Shown here: positions 1 through 14,010 of the stretch, piece after piece
How the letters are laid out: each line of letters begins with the position of its first letter
Numbering within the stretch: the stretch's first letter is position 1
NCBI GenBank assembly: GCA_050613775.1
Contig: JBODTK010000108.1
Location: 124,001 to 188,000, forward strand
Reading direction: 5' to 3'
DNA: 64,000 bases
Origin: Neocallimastix sp. 'constans'
Taxonomy: Eukaryota
Notes under the pieces: model-generated
What the model saw: only the letters and a program-made list of their open reading frames with translations
Told to the model about the DNA's origin: nothing
Databases searched by the model: none
Made by a program: the position numbers and the translations under genes

Positions 1-321
1 AAAAAATAAAAATAAAATCAGGACTACAAAGATAGGATACATTCCATAAAAATATATCTATAATTTTATAATTTATATTGAATAATTTCATGATTTACAT
101 TATTATTTTTATTATTAATATTATTATTATTATTTATTATTAATTATTAATAATTAATTATTATTATTCAATTAAAAAATAAAAATTTTATTGATTCATA
201 TTTATACATTTATTTATTTATACATTTATTTATTTATACTTTTATTTATTTATACATTTATTTATTTATACATTTATTTATTTATATTTTTATTTATTTA
301 TACATTTATTTATTTATACAT

Positions 322-376
<55 letters not shown>

Positions 377-574
377 TATATTAAAATTTATTGAAGCATT
401 TATAATTGATTTTATCAAGGTAACATAAAAAAAACTTCACACCTATGCAAATATATTATTTAAAAGAATATTAATATATTATTAAAATATGAATCTTAAT
501 ATAAACAATATAGATGATATTAATACTTCTATCATATGATAAATAATAAAATGCTTATAAATTATAAATAATTG

Positions 575-1085
575 AATAATAAATAATAAATAATAAATAA
601 TAAATAATAAATAATAAATAATTAAATAAAAAATAATAAATAATAAGTAATAAATAATAAATAATAAATAATAAATAATAAATAATAAATAATAAATAAT
701 AAATAATAAATAATAAATAATAAATAATAAATAATAAATAATAAATAATAAATAATAAATAATAAATAATAAATAATAAATAATAAATAATAAATAATAA
801 ATAATAAATAATAAATAATAAATAATAAATAATAAATAATAAATAATAAATAATAAATAATAAATAATAAATAATAAATAATAAATAATAAATAATAAAT
901 AATAAGTAATAAATAATAAATAATAAATAATAAATAATAAATAATAAATAATAAATAATAAATAATAAATAAAAATAATAAAAAATAAATAATAAATAAT
1001 AAATAATAAATAATAAATAATAAATAATAAATAATAAATAATAAATAATAAATAATAAGAGTATTTATTAATAAATAATAAATAA
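575..1085. repeat. (TAAATAA)n heptamer tandem array
   Basis: Near-perfect TAAATAA repeats with rare TAAGTAA variants; directly visible. Confidence 0.95.
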
Positions 1086-1486
1086 AAAAATATATAATTA
1101 AATTAATATTAATAATAAACTTCCGACAATAACATTATTTTATAATAAATAAACTTTATAATAAAATTAACAAAAAAATTTTTTTTTGAATTTTAAAAAA
1201 TAATAAAATTAAAAAATATGCTTTCAATTAAATTTGTGTAACTTTGATAAATTTGGAAATAAATATAAAAAAATTATATATATAAAAATTCTTTAATTTT
1301 TTTTTTGAATAATTTAAAATATACAAGGAACATATATTGAATTATATATGATATATATGAATATCGAATTATCAACATATAAATTCATTTTATTAACATA
1401 GAATTTAATTAATTCACTACAAAGTAATAAAATTAAATGCAAATAAATAAAAATTAGATATTCTATTTATAATAAACAGAGATAAT

Positions 1487-1695
1487 CTATTCTATTTCAT
1501 TATATTCTATTATATATTTACTTATATTCTATTCTATTTCATTATATTCTATTATATATTTACTTATATAATATTCAATTTCATTATATTCTATTATATA
1601 TTTATTTATATTCTATTATATATTTACTTATATAATATTCTATTTCATTATATTCTATTTCATTATATTCAATTTCATTGCATTCTATTCTAATG
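1487..1695. repeat. Degenerate minisatellite (TATTCTATTTCATTATATTCTATTATATATTTACTTATA-like units)
   Basis: Repeated tattctatttcattatattctattatatatttacttata motifs. Confidence 0.75.
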
Positions 1696-1861
1696 TATTA
1701 TAGTTTATGCCTAGTTTTTATTGTCTGTTTCAATAATTCATGAATAAATAGAATAGAATAAATATAAAAAAAAAAAAAAAAATAGGAGTTAAAAATTCAA
1801 AAAAAAAAAAAAAAAAAAAGATTAATTAAATTAAAAATAAAGTATAGATATCTAAAAATTT

Positions 1862-1895
<34 letters not shown>

Positions 1896-2504
1896 ATATA
1901 TATAATATATAATATATAAAAAAAAATAAAAATAAATAAAAATAAAAATAAAAAAAAAAAAAAAATAGGAGGAATATATGCTCAATAATATACAGAAATT
2001 TTTTCATAATAAAATTAAAAGAATAAAATAAATATTCATAAAGAGAATATATCTATTAACTTTTCATTTTATTTTATTTTTTTTTTTTTTAGAATGTTTT
2101 TATATTTCTAGAAGAAAGTATTTCTATTTATACAATAATCTCCACTTCATTTATATATGAAGAAAGAATGAATAAATGAATGAATAAATAAATTATATAT
2201 AAATTTATATATATATTATTGATATCGAATAAATAAAAATAAAATAAACTACGATAATATATAATTATATCATTGTTAAAGAAAAATAGATAGATAAAAA
2301 TAAGATTATATAACAAATTATTACTTTTAATAGAGATATAGATTATGTAAAACATTGATAGATTGTTTAGAAATTTTAAAATTTAATAAGAACATTCATT
2401 TGAATGTTTACTCTTCATTCTTGCTTGTACTATCAACAACAAGAAACTCATCGTTTTAAACTTTAAAAATTAACATATTCAATTTTTTTTTTTTTTAATA
2501 ATAA

Positions 2505-3112
2505 AATTAATAATAAATAATAAATAATAGATAATTGAATAATAAATAATAAATAATAAAAAAGAGTATTTATTAAATATAAAAATAATAAATAATAAAT
2601 AATTGAATAATAAATAATAAATAATAAAAAAGAGTATTTATTAAATATAAAAATAATAAATAATAAATAATTGAATAATAAATAATAAATAATAAAAAAG
2701 AGTATTTATTAATAAATAATAAATAATAAATAATAAATAATAAATAGTAAATAGTAAATAGTAAATAGTAAATAGTAAATAATAAATAATAAATAATAAA
2801 TAGTAAATAGTAAATAATAAATAATAAATAATAAATAATAAATAATAAATAATAAATAATAAATAATAAATAATAAATAATAAATAATAAATAATAAATA
2901 ATAAATAATAAATAATAAATAATAAATAATAAATAATAAATAATAAATAATAAATAATAAATAATAAATAAAAAGAGTATTTATTAATAAATAATAAATA
3001 ATAAATAAATAAATAATAAATAATAAAAAAGAGTATTTATTAATAAATAACAAATAATAAATAATAAAAAAGAATATTTATTAATAAATAATAAATAATA
3101 AATAATAAATAA
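2505..3112. repeat. (TAAATAA)n/(TAAATAG)n array with a higher-order ~66 bp unit containing AAAAAGAGTATTTATTA
   Basis: Direct inspection; it produces the spurious ORF 2709-3053. Confidence 0.9.
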
Positions 3113-3903
3113 TTTGAGTTAAGAAATTCAATTTAAATCCATGCTTTTTCTTATCATGTTAATTTCAAATATAAAAAATATTTAAAAAAATCTTTAAAAA
3201 AAAAATTAAAAAACAAAAAAAAATTTTTTTGTTTGTTTGTTTGTACAACTTTAATTTAATTTAAATTTATGTGATACAAAAAAATTAATTTATTTATATT
3301 AAATTTTAATTTAAATTCTGTTTTTTTTAATTTTTTTATTTTTATTATATTTTAATGTTAATTTTGAACTTATTGAAAAAAAGAGGATTAATAAAAGAAT
3401 ACAAATAATTATTTATCTAATCTATTTATAAATAAATAAATATTAAATACTTTAAAATAATAATCATAATAAAAATAATTGTAAAAAAAAATTTAATAAA
3501 AATAAAAATAACTGAAAAATATTATATATATAATGCTTTAACAATTTATTTTTTTTTCTTTATAAAAATCATTATTATTAATGTTTTATTTTTAAATATA
3601 AATTTTAATAATTTATATTATATATATTTATTAATAGTTATTAATAGTTATTATTTACACTAAGATATGTAAGAGAATACCTTAAAATTTAAAATTTAGA
3701 TGTCACAGGTGAGCGACTGACATTTTAACTAATCATTTATTAAATTGTTTCATATGTTAACTATAAAAAAAATATTAATTATAAAATAATAAAAAAAAAT
3801 ATTAATAAAATAATTAAAGTTATTAAATAATTATTATTAGTGAAAGATATAAAAAAAAATTAATAATTAAAAAAAATAAAAATTTAAAAATAAGAATTAA
3901 AAT

Positions 3904-3936
<33 letters not shown>

Positions 3937-6900
3937 TATTTAATTAAATATCTTCTCTCACAATTAAAGTATTTAAAGTTGGAATGATGGATAAACATTA
4001 AGCATAATGAGAAGAGAAGAAAAGAAAAGAAAAGAAAAGAAAAGAGAGGAGGAGTATATTTTAAAGATTTCAATAATAATAATAATAATAATAATCATAC
4101 CAGCATTGTACATTGTACTTTATATCTTGTTTATTAGTTAAAACAAATTATTAATTAGTTATGACTTATCATTTATTTATTTATTATATATTTATCCATT
4201 TATTTATTTATCTACTTTATTTAACTGATGATCGGAATTTAGTTTTTTAAATTTTTTAGCCTTTTTTTTTTTTTTTTACAATTAAATTATTTCTTTCCAA
4301 AAAAAAAAAAATAAAATAAAAAGTTTTAATATATATAACTGTATATTAAAATATATTCCAAAATAGAAAAAAATTTGTAAAAAATAAAAAAAATCCAATT
4401 CTGTTCATATGTTTATATTTATTTATTTATTGATTATTATTATTGATTATTGATTAGTAAATACTCCTATTATTTTTTATTATTCATTTACTTATTTTTA
4501 AAGTGTACTTTATTATTAATTAAAGTTAAGCTATTTAATTTATGAGCAAGGAAAAATAAAAAAATTTTTTTTTAATTAATCAAAATACTTTCTAAATTAA
4601 TATAAAACTTTAAAAATTAAAAATTGAAATGCCATCATTTGCAAATAAATACATAATTTTAATATATGAAAAGTAGATAAAATATATTAAATCAATATAA
4701 TCTTATTTATCTAAATATTATATAAATAATATAAAAAGTATAGATAATATAAGTATAATAATATATTATCAATTTAACTACATTTTATGTACATTTTTAA
4801 AATACATTTTATATCTCTAAATATTATTTGGTGATTTTTTTTTTAAAAAAATTATTTATTTATTAAAAATAAATAAATTTATATAAATAAATAAATTTAT
4901 AGCCATATATTTTCTTGCTTTACTGCCATTATAGAAAATATGGAAATATACATATAAATAACAAAAAATTTCCTATTATTTATATTAATATCGTCCCAAA
5001 AAAATTAAAAATTATTAAATTTTTTTTATATTTACATATATATATATTTTTTAAGGATTAGTTATTCTTTTTATAAATATTAGTATAATTATTATTTTTA
5101 CTTTTACTTTATTTCTTATTAAATAAGTAAATAATATTTAAATAATAAATAAATAATAAATAATAAATAATAATTTATAGAATCTTCAAAAAAAAAATTT
5201 ATTTTAATATTTTTTATACTATTTTAATTAAAAGAAAAAAAATTGCTTTTTTTTTTTTTCAACTCAGTTTTATTGTTATATAATAAAAATTAAACTTTTT
5301 TTTTATTTTATTTTAATTCATTTCAATTATACTTTATTCCTCGTACTTTCTTTTCATTTTTTTTTAAAAAAAATAAACCATTGAAACTTTAAATGCATCA
5401 ATTAATATCTAAATTTATATTTAAATTTATAGTTGGTATATAGATAAATAATTATTTATTCTTTTTGGTTGCTGACTGCATAATTATCTTAATGGACGGC
5501 CAGTGTAATCAAGAATAACAAAGAAAAAAGTAAAAAAATTTTAAATAATTTTTAAAATAATATATTAATAAAAACTTTAAACTATTTTATTTTTTTATTT
5601 TATTTAATTAATTAATTAATTAATTAAAAAAATAAAATAAATTTTCACATTTAAAATATCTTTAATACTATTAAGCATCATTAAATAATGATGATGATGA
5701 TGATGATAATGGTCTTATTAAAGTAGGTCAAGTTTTAATTAAATAATGTTAATTATGACTTATTTTAATTTAAATAAATAGAATTTACGTTTTTTTATTT
5801 TTTTATTTTTTTATTTTTTTATTTTTTTTAATATTAATTATTTTTTTTATTAGTAAAAAAGATTTTTATTATAATCCATATATTAAGATATTTATTTAAA
5901 AAATTTAATTAAAATTTTAAATAAAAGTAATTTTATCTTATTTAAAAGATGAAAAAAAAAGTGCACAATAGCATTTAATAATAATTAAATAATTTCAAAC
6001 CCTATCTTATTACTTATTCCCCTTTCTTTATATAAAGTGATTATTTAATTTCATTTAAAAAAACATGGAATAATTATTTTTCTGGCAAAAGTGTATAAAA
6101 AAAAACTTAATTTCTGCTTAAATTTTATTTAAAAATATCTTATTATTATAAATTTATAGTTTTAATAATTAGTATTTTTTTTTAAACTGAGTTAAATTTT
6201 AACTTCATTCAATATTAAAAAAACACCCGACAAATATTAAATAGAAATAAATCAATCATTCATAGAGTCAATAATAATTAAATTATTTTATTGAATAGTT
6301 TACGATAAAGTGAACAGTATTGTTAGTAAAGATACACAAAAAACATAAAAAAGATTGAACATTTGAATAATAAAAGAATTTTCATTTTGTAAAAACGCAA
6401 TTTTTTTTTTTTTTTTTTTTTTAAACTTATAAATTAATTTATCTATTTTATATTTATCCATTTAATTATTTTTCAATATGATTTATATATTTATCTATTT
6501 TAGAATTCATCCATTGATTTGTTATGTTTAATATAACCTTATAGGTTTAAAATTTATTTTTATCCAATTCATCATTATTAAACTAAAAAATAAATTAATT
6601 AGTTGGAATTTATAAATTTATTTCATGATATATAATAAAATATAGTATAAGTATAATGATAATATGAAGATAATATATGCCAATTATAAATAAATAATAG
6701 ACAATTTATATTATAAATATATTAATTTATATTGGAATATATAGAGAGATTAATAATGTTTACTAATGAATTTCTTTTTTTTATTTTTTTTATTTGTATA
6801 ATATATACATATATTTCTTTATACTTTTATATAAAATATTCCAATTGTTGAGTTGTTCTAAATATGAGTATATTCCATTTTAATTCGATTCTATTTAAGG

Positions 6901-6959
6901 ATATTATGTACTGTGAATAAAAAGAAATGATAAAATTAATGAATAATATTTTAAATATA

Positions 6960-7210
6960 TTTATTATTTATTATTTATTATCTATGATTTATTATTTATT
7001 ATTTATTATTTATTATTTATTATTTATTATTTATTATTTATTATTTATTATTTATTATTTATTATTTATTATTTATTATTTATTATTTATTATTTATTAT
7101 TTATTATTTATTATTTATTATTTATTATTTATTATTTATTATTTATTATTTATTATTTATTATTTATAATTTATTATTTATTATTTATTATTTATTATTT
7201 ATTATTTATA
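6960..7210. repeat. (TTATTTA)n heptamer array, the reverse orientation of TAAATAA
   Basis: Direct inspection; it produces the spurious ORF 6927-7169. Confidence 0.9.
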
Positions 7211-9117
7211 ATATATTATGAGTAATATCCAAATTTTCATATTTACACTTATTTGAATTACACAGTTGTGTATATAAATTTAAACCCATTGTTTATTATA
7301 TTGATAATATATTATAATATATAAGAATAGTATAATCTTAATATTGAAATATAAAAAAATTTTTTTTTTAATTTTTAAATTTCTTTAGATTAAAATTTAT
7401 AATAGAAAAAATTTATAAAAACTTTAATTGTAATATATCATTATCGTATAATTCTAATATATATATAAATTAAAATGGTTAAATTTTATTCTTACTGTAT
7501 TACCTTCAAAATTATATATATCATAATATATATTATATATAACATAATATAAATAATAATTGAATAAAAAGAAAAATAGTATACTTTAGAGAATATATAA
7601 TTATATTATTTTATATTTATTTATCATTTTTAATATATGTTAACATATATTGAAATTTAATTATTTGTGTGTGTATATGTATATGTAATATTTTTCATTT
7701 TTTTATTTATTTATTTATTCTATATATATATTTATTTATTACATTATTCATTATTTATTATTTATCATTCATTATTTATTTAATTATTCATTCTTCAATT
7801 TCTTCAATTGATTACTATTAATTTAAATCAAACATATTATGTTAATTATTAAATATTACGTAATATAATAACAATTAATAAATATAAATAATACTATTTA
7901 TATTAAATTAACTTTAAAAAATTTTAATTTTATTTCATATATAAACTATAAAATTTCATTCAGTTCATCTTTTTTTTTTTTTTTTTAATTTTTTTTATTT
8001 TTTAATACAAATTTAAATATAAAAAAAAGAATAAATAATTGTTCGAAAAAAATTCTTAAAATTTAATTTTATTTATAAATATAATTAAATTTTAATTTTT
8101 TTTTTTTTTTATAAAAGAAGTTTAGAGAATAGTTTGTGTTTAGAAAAGGGGTATATTTTTTTTATTTGCTCAATAACTCTAAATATAAAAAATTAATATT
8201 AGACAAATAATAAATTTACTATAAAAATTCTTTATAAGTAATAAATTCAATAAATAGAAGAAAAAATAATACTATAAAAATCAACTCTAAAAGGTATAAA
8301 AAAAGTTTATTTTATATAAGAATAACTTGAAAATTAAATGTAAATATTTGATGTGACAATATAACAATGATTTGGAGAAAAGTAATAGTGATAATAGTTA
8401 TTTTATAATAGTTCATTAAAAAGAAAATAGAAAATAATGTTAAAATGAAAAGCCAAAAAATAAAAATAATTTAATAATAATAAGAAAAATAAAAAATATA
8501 AAAAAAAAATATAAAATTAATTATGTATAACCATATTAATTAATAGAATTGGATATAAATGGAAAATGAAATATGTTTACCAATAAATGGATTTACAAAA
8601 AAAAGGAAAAAAAAATAGGGGTAGCAAATGTCATTTATCTTATAATAGAATAAAACGAAATAAATATATAAAAATAAAAAATAAAGTAAAAAATACATAA
8701 ATTAAATAATATAGAGTAATTTATTCCAATTTTAATATAACTAAAAATACAAGTAATAAAAACGTTTAAGAATTTTATTTTATTTTTATTTTTTTTTTTT
8801 TTTTTTTGAAAAAATATATTAATGTCACATCTTTATAAAAATTTAATTATATATTCAACATATTTTTATCTATTTTAATTTTAATTAATTATAATAAATA
8901 TCATAGATATTAACCTATTATATATATATATTTATAATATAAAGATATAAATAATAAAATAGAAAAAAATATATAGTTGATAAAGTTTAACTTACAAATC
9001 ACTTTTCGCAATTTAAAAACAATCGCATTATCAAATAAAATAGATATCATTATTATATTAAAAATTTAAAAATATAAAAAAAAAAAATTTTTAATCTATA
9101 AAAAAAGAAAAGAAAAA

Positions 9118-10161
9118 ATGGTTTCTCTTGTTAAAAAGATTAAAAATATGTATAAAGGCTCTTATTACTATGCTAATAAGAAATATGGAAAATATACCAA
9201 AAGAAGACCTTTCCCAAACTTCAATGATTTTGATTGTAGTCCATCTGGTGATTTTTCTATGAAAGAAATACCAGCAGAAATGGAAGTTAAAAAGTCAGAC
9301 ATGGAAAAAACCATTTTTGAAAAACAAAACGGTTATATAACAACAATTAATGAAAATAAATCCAATGCCACTATTGAAGGAAGTAACGCTAATAGATCTT
9401 CATCTTCTACTATTAATGTTACTTCAAATGTTCTAACACCAATCAATAGTAATATTTTCGAAAATGGACTCAACAGCATTTCCCCTATTTCTTCTATATC
9501 TGATAATACTGATTATACTATGGTTAATTCTACTGATAATCGTAATAGCCTTTCTAATCCATTCAATAATGCTTATGAAATTAAACAAAGCCAATCCTCT
9601 TCTTCTTTCGGTAATTCCTTAGATAATAATAAGGATAGTTATGTTAAACAAATGAATCGTATTAGTACCATCAATAATAATAATATTGATAGTACCTCTG
9701 AAGATGATATTAAAATAGATTATAATGGTAAAAATAACTGGAAAGTGGAAATAAAAAGATATTATCCATCTATGCCACAAGTGGATGAACCAGATTATTA
9801 CAGCAATGATAACACTAATAATAGTTATAATTATAACGATCGTCGTCAAAGTGATATGCCAGAATATGGAATGGGAATGGATATGAAAAAGAAGAATAAA
9901 TGGTGGAAAAAAATGCTTCCAAATAATAAACGTAGAAACTCTAACTTTAGTGATAATACCTTCTATGACTCTAATTCTAATAATTATAATGATGATTATA
10001 AATATGATTCAAAACATAGTACTCTCTATGAAGGTGATTATGGTAGTAATAGCACTTATAATAGTAATAGATATAATTATAATAGTAAATATGATAATGA
10101 TCTTACTGATGGAGTTTTAGTAGTAAATCAAAATGTTAAAACGAATTCTATACTCTATTAA
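9118..10161 (+). CDS. Intronless hypothetical protein, 347 aa, N/S/D/Y-rich and probably largely disordered
   Basis: 1044 bp open frame with GC clearly above its flanks; A-rich context before the ATG; TAA stop; no recognisable domain. Confidence 0.75.
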   Translation: MVSLVKKIKNMYKGSYYYANKKYGKYTKRRPFPNFNDFDCSPSGDFSMKEIPAEMEVKKSDMEKTIFEKQNGYITTINENKSNATIEGSNANRSSSSTINVTSNVLTPINSNIFENGLNSISPISSISDNTDYTMVNSTDNRNSLSNPFNNAYEIKQSQSSSSFGNSLDNNKDSYVKQMNRISTINNNNIDSTSEDDIKIDYNGKNNWKVEIKRYYPSMPQVDEPDYYSNDNTNNSYNYNDRRQSDMPEYGMGMDMKKKNKWWKKMLPNNKRRNSNFSDNTFYDSNSNNYNDDYKYDSKHSTLYEGDYGSNSTYNSNRYNYNSKYDNDLTDGVLVVNQNVKTNSILY

Positions 10162-10335
10162 GTAAAAGGGAAAAAAAAATAATGAAAGAAAAGAAAGGAA
10201 AATTTTATTTAAAAAAAAAAGTTTTAATTAGAATTTTTTTATTTTATTTACTCATGATTTATCATTATAATTTTTTTTATTATGTTATATGCTCTATGAT
10301 TATCTATTATATATATATAAAATAAAAATAAAAGA

Positions 10336-10371
<36 letters not shown>

Positions 10372-10443
10372 AAAAGATGAAATAAAAAAAAAATTATTTT
10401 ATATATTTAAAATATATCATACCAAATAATTTTTTTTTTTATC

Positions 10444-10480
<37 letters not shown>

Positions 10481-10702
10481 ATTTTTACACATTTTTAACA
10501 TATCTCTTTATATATATAAATCATTATTCATTTTAAATACGTTTTATCAATATTTAATTCATTTATAATTATTCATAAACAACGAAAATCAAATAAATAA
10601 TAATAAATAATAATAATAAAATTCTATATAAGTTAAATACATTTATATATATAGAGATGTATAAAGTATAAATTTTTGATTATTTTATTAATAAATAAAT
10701 AA

Positions 10703-10759
<57 letters not shown>

Positions 10760-10905
10760 TATTATTATATCATTTATTATAATATCATCATATCAATATT
10801 TTTATTTTTATATAAATATTAACTTAAAATTATATATATATATAAATATAAATTATATCTATTTCTACTATCTATTATAATTAAAATTTAGTAGTATAAG
10901 AATAT

Positions 10906-10942
<37 letters not shown>

Positions 10943-10947
10943 AAATA

Positions 10948-10987
<40 letters not shown>

Positions 10988-11687
10988 AAAATAAAAATGA
11001 AAATGAAAAGAATAACAAAAAAAAAAAAAAAAAAAATTAAGAATAAAATGAGAAATAAAAAAAAAAAAAAAAAAAAGATCTATTATATATACAACAATAT
11101 AATAAGAAACGAAAAGAAAATTTTAAATTTTTTTTTTTTTTTTCTTATGTTTTTGTTTTTAAATATTATTTTGTTACCCTATACCCTAATTTCAGAATAG
11201 GAATTCCCTTTTTCCCTTTTAAACAGAAATCTTATAAGCTGGAGGTGAGGTTCATTGCTTTTGAATTTTTTTTTTTTTTTTTTTTTTTTCAGAATCTACA
11301 CTTTTATTTTTATTTCACTTTTCTTTTTTTTGTTCTGTTTTATTATGTTTTGTTTTGTTGTTGTTGTTTTTTGTATAATAAAACTTTATCATTGAAACCT
11401 TGTACAATCCAAATTAAATAGTAATTTAAATATCAAGTTAAATTCGTACTTTCGATTTCTTATTAATAAATCTATTCCTCTCCCATTTTGAAGAAATATG
11501 TTTTAATTTTGTTTATTCTTAGTCTTGTTTTATATTATGCTCCTCTCTTTGGTTCAAATAAAAGCAGATGCTCTAAAGCTCAAAAAAATTATTAAGAGAG
11601 GACTTTATATTGGAGGTATGGATTTAAAATCTCGTCATTCTTATGTTAGTCTCTATGATATTACTCGTGATTTTTTTTTTTTAGACA

Positions 11688-13721
11688 AAAACATTTACCG
11701 CGTACTCGTTTTCTTTGTAATTTATATACTTCATCTAAAGCACGTGCTCGATTTGCTTCAATGTTATCAAATGAATTTCCTATTAAAAGAGGTGTTCGTC
11801 AAGGTTGTCCTTTATCTCCAATCTTATTCAATTTATTCATCAATGATATACTAAATGACTGTGAAAAGTATGGTGTTAATGTTGGAAGAAAAAAGTGTTG
11901 TGGTGGACTCTTTGCTGATGATGTTGTTCTCATTGCTCCAAGTGCAAAAAATTTAGAAAAATTATTAAAAAAGGTACATAAATGGGCTAATTTAAATGAA
12001 ATGACTTTTGGTATTGAAAAGTGTGCAACTATGGTTATAAAACCAATGAACTTCCAACCTCCTCCAAACTATAGTGATCCAACCTTCTATTTAGGAAAGA
12101 ATGATATTCCTAAAGTTTCTAGTTATGTCTATCTTGGTATTCCTTTTTCAGATGATCTCCTACTATAACACATTATATCTCACATGCATTTTAAAGTTAG
12201 AAAATCCCTTCTTTCATTTACACGTTTCTTTTCAAATAAACTTATTCCTATTGTATACAAGAAAAAAGTTCTTCAATCCTTTGTTATTAGTAAAGTAATT
12301 TATTATTCTCCCTTACTTGGTTCAAACAAATCTAGAACGGCCAGAATTCAAACATTAATTAATACTGGTCTATTTTGGTGTATCGGTTCCTTCTCTAAAA
12401 ATGGTAAAACAAATACAGAAAACAATGACTATATTAGACATAATTCAACAATGAGTACTTATGCTTTATCTCGAGATCTAAGCATCCCTCCTATTGCTGG
12501 TATCTGCGCAGCCTTACAGATTAAATCATTTATAAAATGGAGTAAATCAAATTGCATCATAAAGGATCTTATTAAATCTATTCCCAAAATGCCTTATTAT
12601 TCCTGGACTAAAGAATCTAGAACACTATATAAAAAAATCAAAAAATATAAATGTGTAAAATACGACGATATTATAGAACGTTACTGGAAATCAGTTTCCA
12701 GATTTCAAGGTATTAAAGGTCAAAACTACGATAGTAACAAGTTCTCAAACAATAAAGCTATAATAATGCTTAGCTTAAAATATCCCCAATTCAACTTAGG
12801 ATTTTCGTGGATTATACGTTTACGCTGTGGTTATAAATACAATACTACTATTGCTATTAGAATGGGTAGAGTTTCAGAAGATTGTCCAAAGTCTTGCCCC
12901 TGTTGTGGTGAAGGTAATCAATCTTTTGAACATTGGATTGTCCAAAGTCTTGCCCCTGTTGTGGTGAAGGTAATCAATCTTTTGAACATTGGATTTTTAA
13001 ATGCGATGCTCTTGCAACTTTTAGATGGAATTCTTTAAATTTCATCGATGATCTCTATGTTTTATTCCTTAGGAAGATTAGAGCGTTTAATCCTCTTTCT
13101 TCCTATGACTTTATTTCTGATTTTGAAGATTATATCAATCATTATATATACTTGTTCCTTCTTGGTGGGACTTTAGTTTTAAATGAACTACATTTCGATA
13201 GTGGGGAACAGAGACATTTAAATGAACTACTTTTCAAAGGTTCATCTGAGTCACCTGTTCCAAAAATTGTGGGCTTGGCGGAATTCTTAACAAGGGCAAT
13301 ACCTATCATAAGTAGTTCGTTTGAGCTATTATTTGATAGGTATTGCAAAATATCAAACTTAACCAAGAGCGTCGACGTCGTACTGATAAGGCATAATGAT
13401 AATACAGGATTATCATCTATTACTACGAAGGGTGATTCTCGCCCTAGTAGTTCAATAAATGATGAATCCGGGGAGAGTTTAGTGGACACCACACTATCTA
13501 TTTTAAAGATGTTACTTCTAAATTTTATTTCTTTTTTATTTGATAGGAAGGGAAAAATTCCCGCATAGTACAACTTGCCAAAATACATAGTATTTTTGAG
13601 CTTTTTATTTTTTAATTTTTTAACTTTTTATTTTTATTTTTAATTTTAAATGTACTTTTTCACCTACATGTATTTTTTAATATAAAATTAATAAAGTTAT
13701 GGAAGTGTATTCTCTTCCCTG

Positions 13722-13764
<43 letters not shown>
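11688..13764 (+). mobile_element. 5'-truncated non-LTR retrotransposon (LINE): RT C-terminal half, CCHC zinc knuckle, 3' UTR and poly(A) tail; inactivated
   Basis: GVRQGCPLSPILFNLFIND, LFADDVVL and YVYLGIPF RT motifs; CPCCGEGNQSFEHWIFKC knuckle; in-frame TAA at 12166-12168 joins ORFs 11761 and 12184; a 56 bp duplication causes a frameshift; AATAAA, tail motif and ~A40 at 13725-13764. Confidence 0.93.
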
Positions 13765-13767
<3 letters not shown>

Positions 13768-14010
13768 AAATATCAAGTTAAATTCGTACTTTCGATTTCT
13801 TATTAATAAATCTATTCCTCTCCCATTTGAAGAAATATCTTTTAATTTCGTTTATTCTTAGTCTTGTTTTATATTATGCACCTCTCTTTGGTTCAAATAA
13901 GAGCAGATGTTCTAAAACTCAAAAAAAATTATTAAGAAAGGACTTTATATTGGAGGTATGGATTTAAAATCTCGTCATTCTTATGTTAGTCTCTATGATA
14001 TTACTCGTGA

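Noticed and set aside
191..394. ORFs made of IYLF, IIYYLLF, poly-I/L/N or FILFY repeats (also 2709, 6927, 19159, 30870, 32228, 32259, 44936, 46464-46799, 53098, 58266)
   Set aside because: Translations of ATTT, TTATTTA, ATT and TTTTA microsatellites; several lie inside introns of real genes.
3698..3735. Short GC-richer hairpin ATGTCA…TGACAT as a Helitron 3' end
   Set aside because: Only a 6 bp stem, with no second copy or other Helitron evidence in the window.
12166..12168. In-frame TAA codons in the LINE and the 36 kb fragment suggesting TAA reassignment
   Set aside because: Host genes here (VRG4, NCB2, PMS1, VPS68) end at TAA and have no internal TAA; the stops occur only in sequences that also carry frameshifts.
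13142..13588. 148 aa antisense ORF
   Set aside because: Shadow of the LINE C-terminal coding region, with no independent features.
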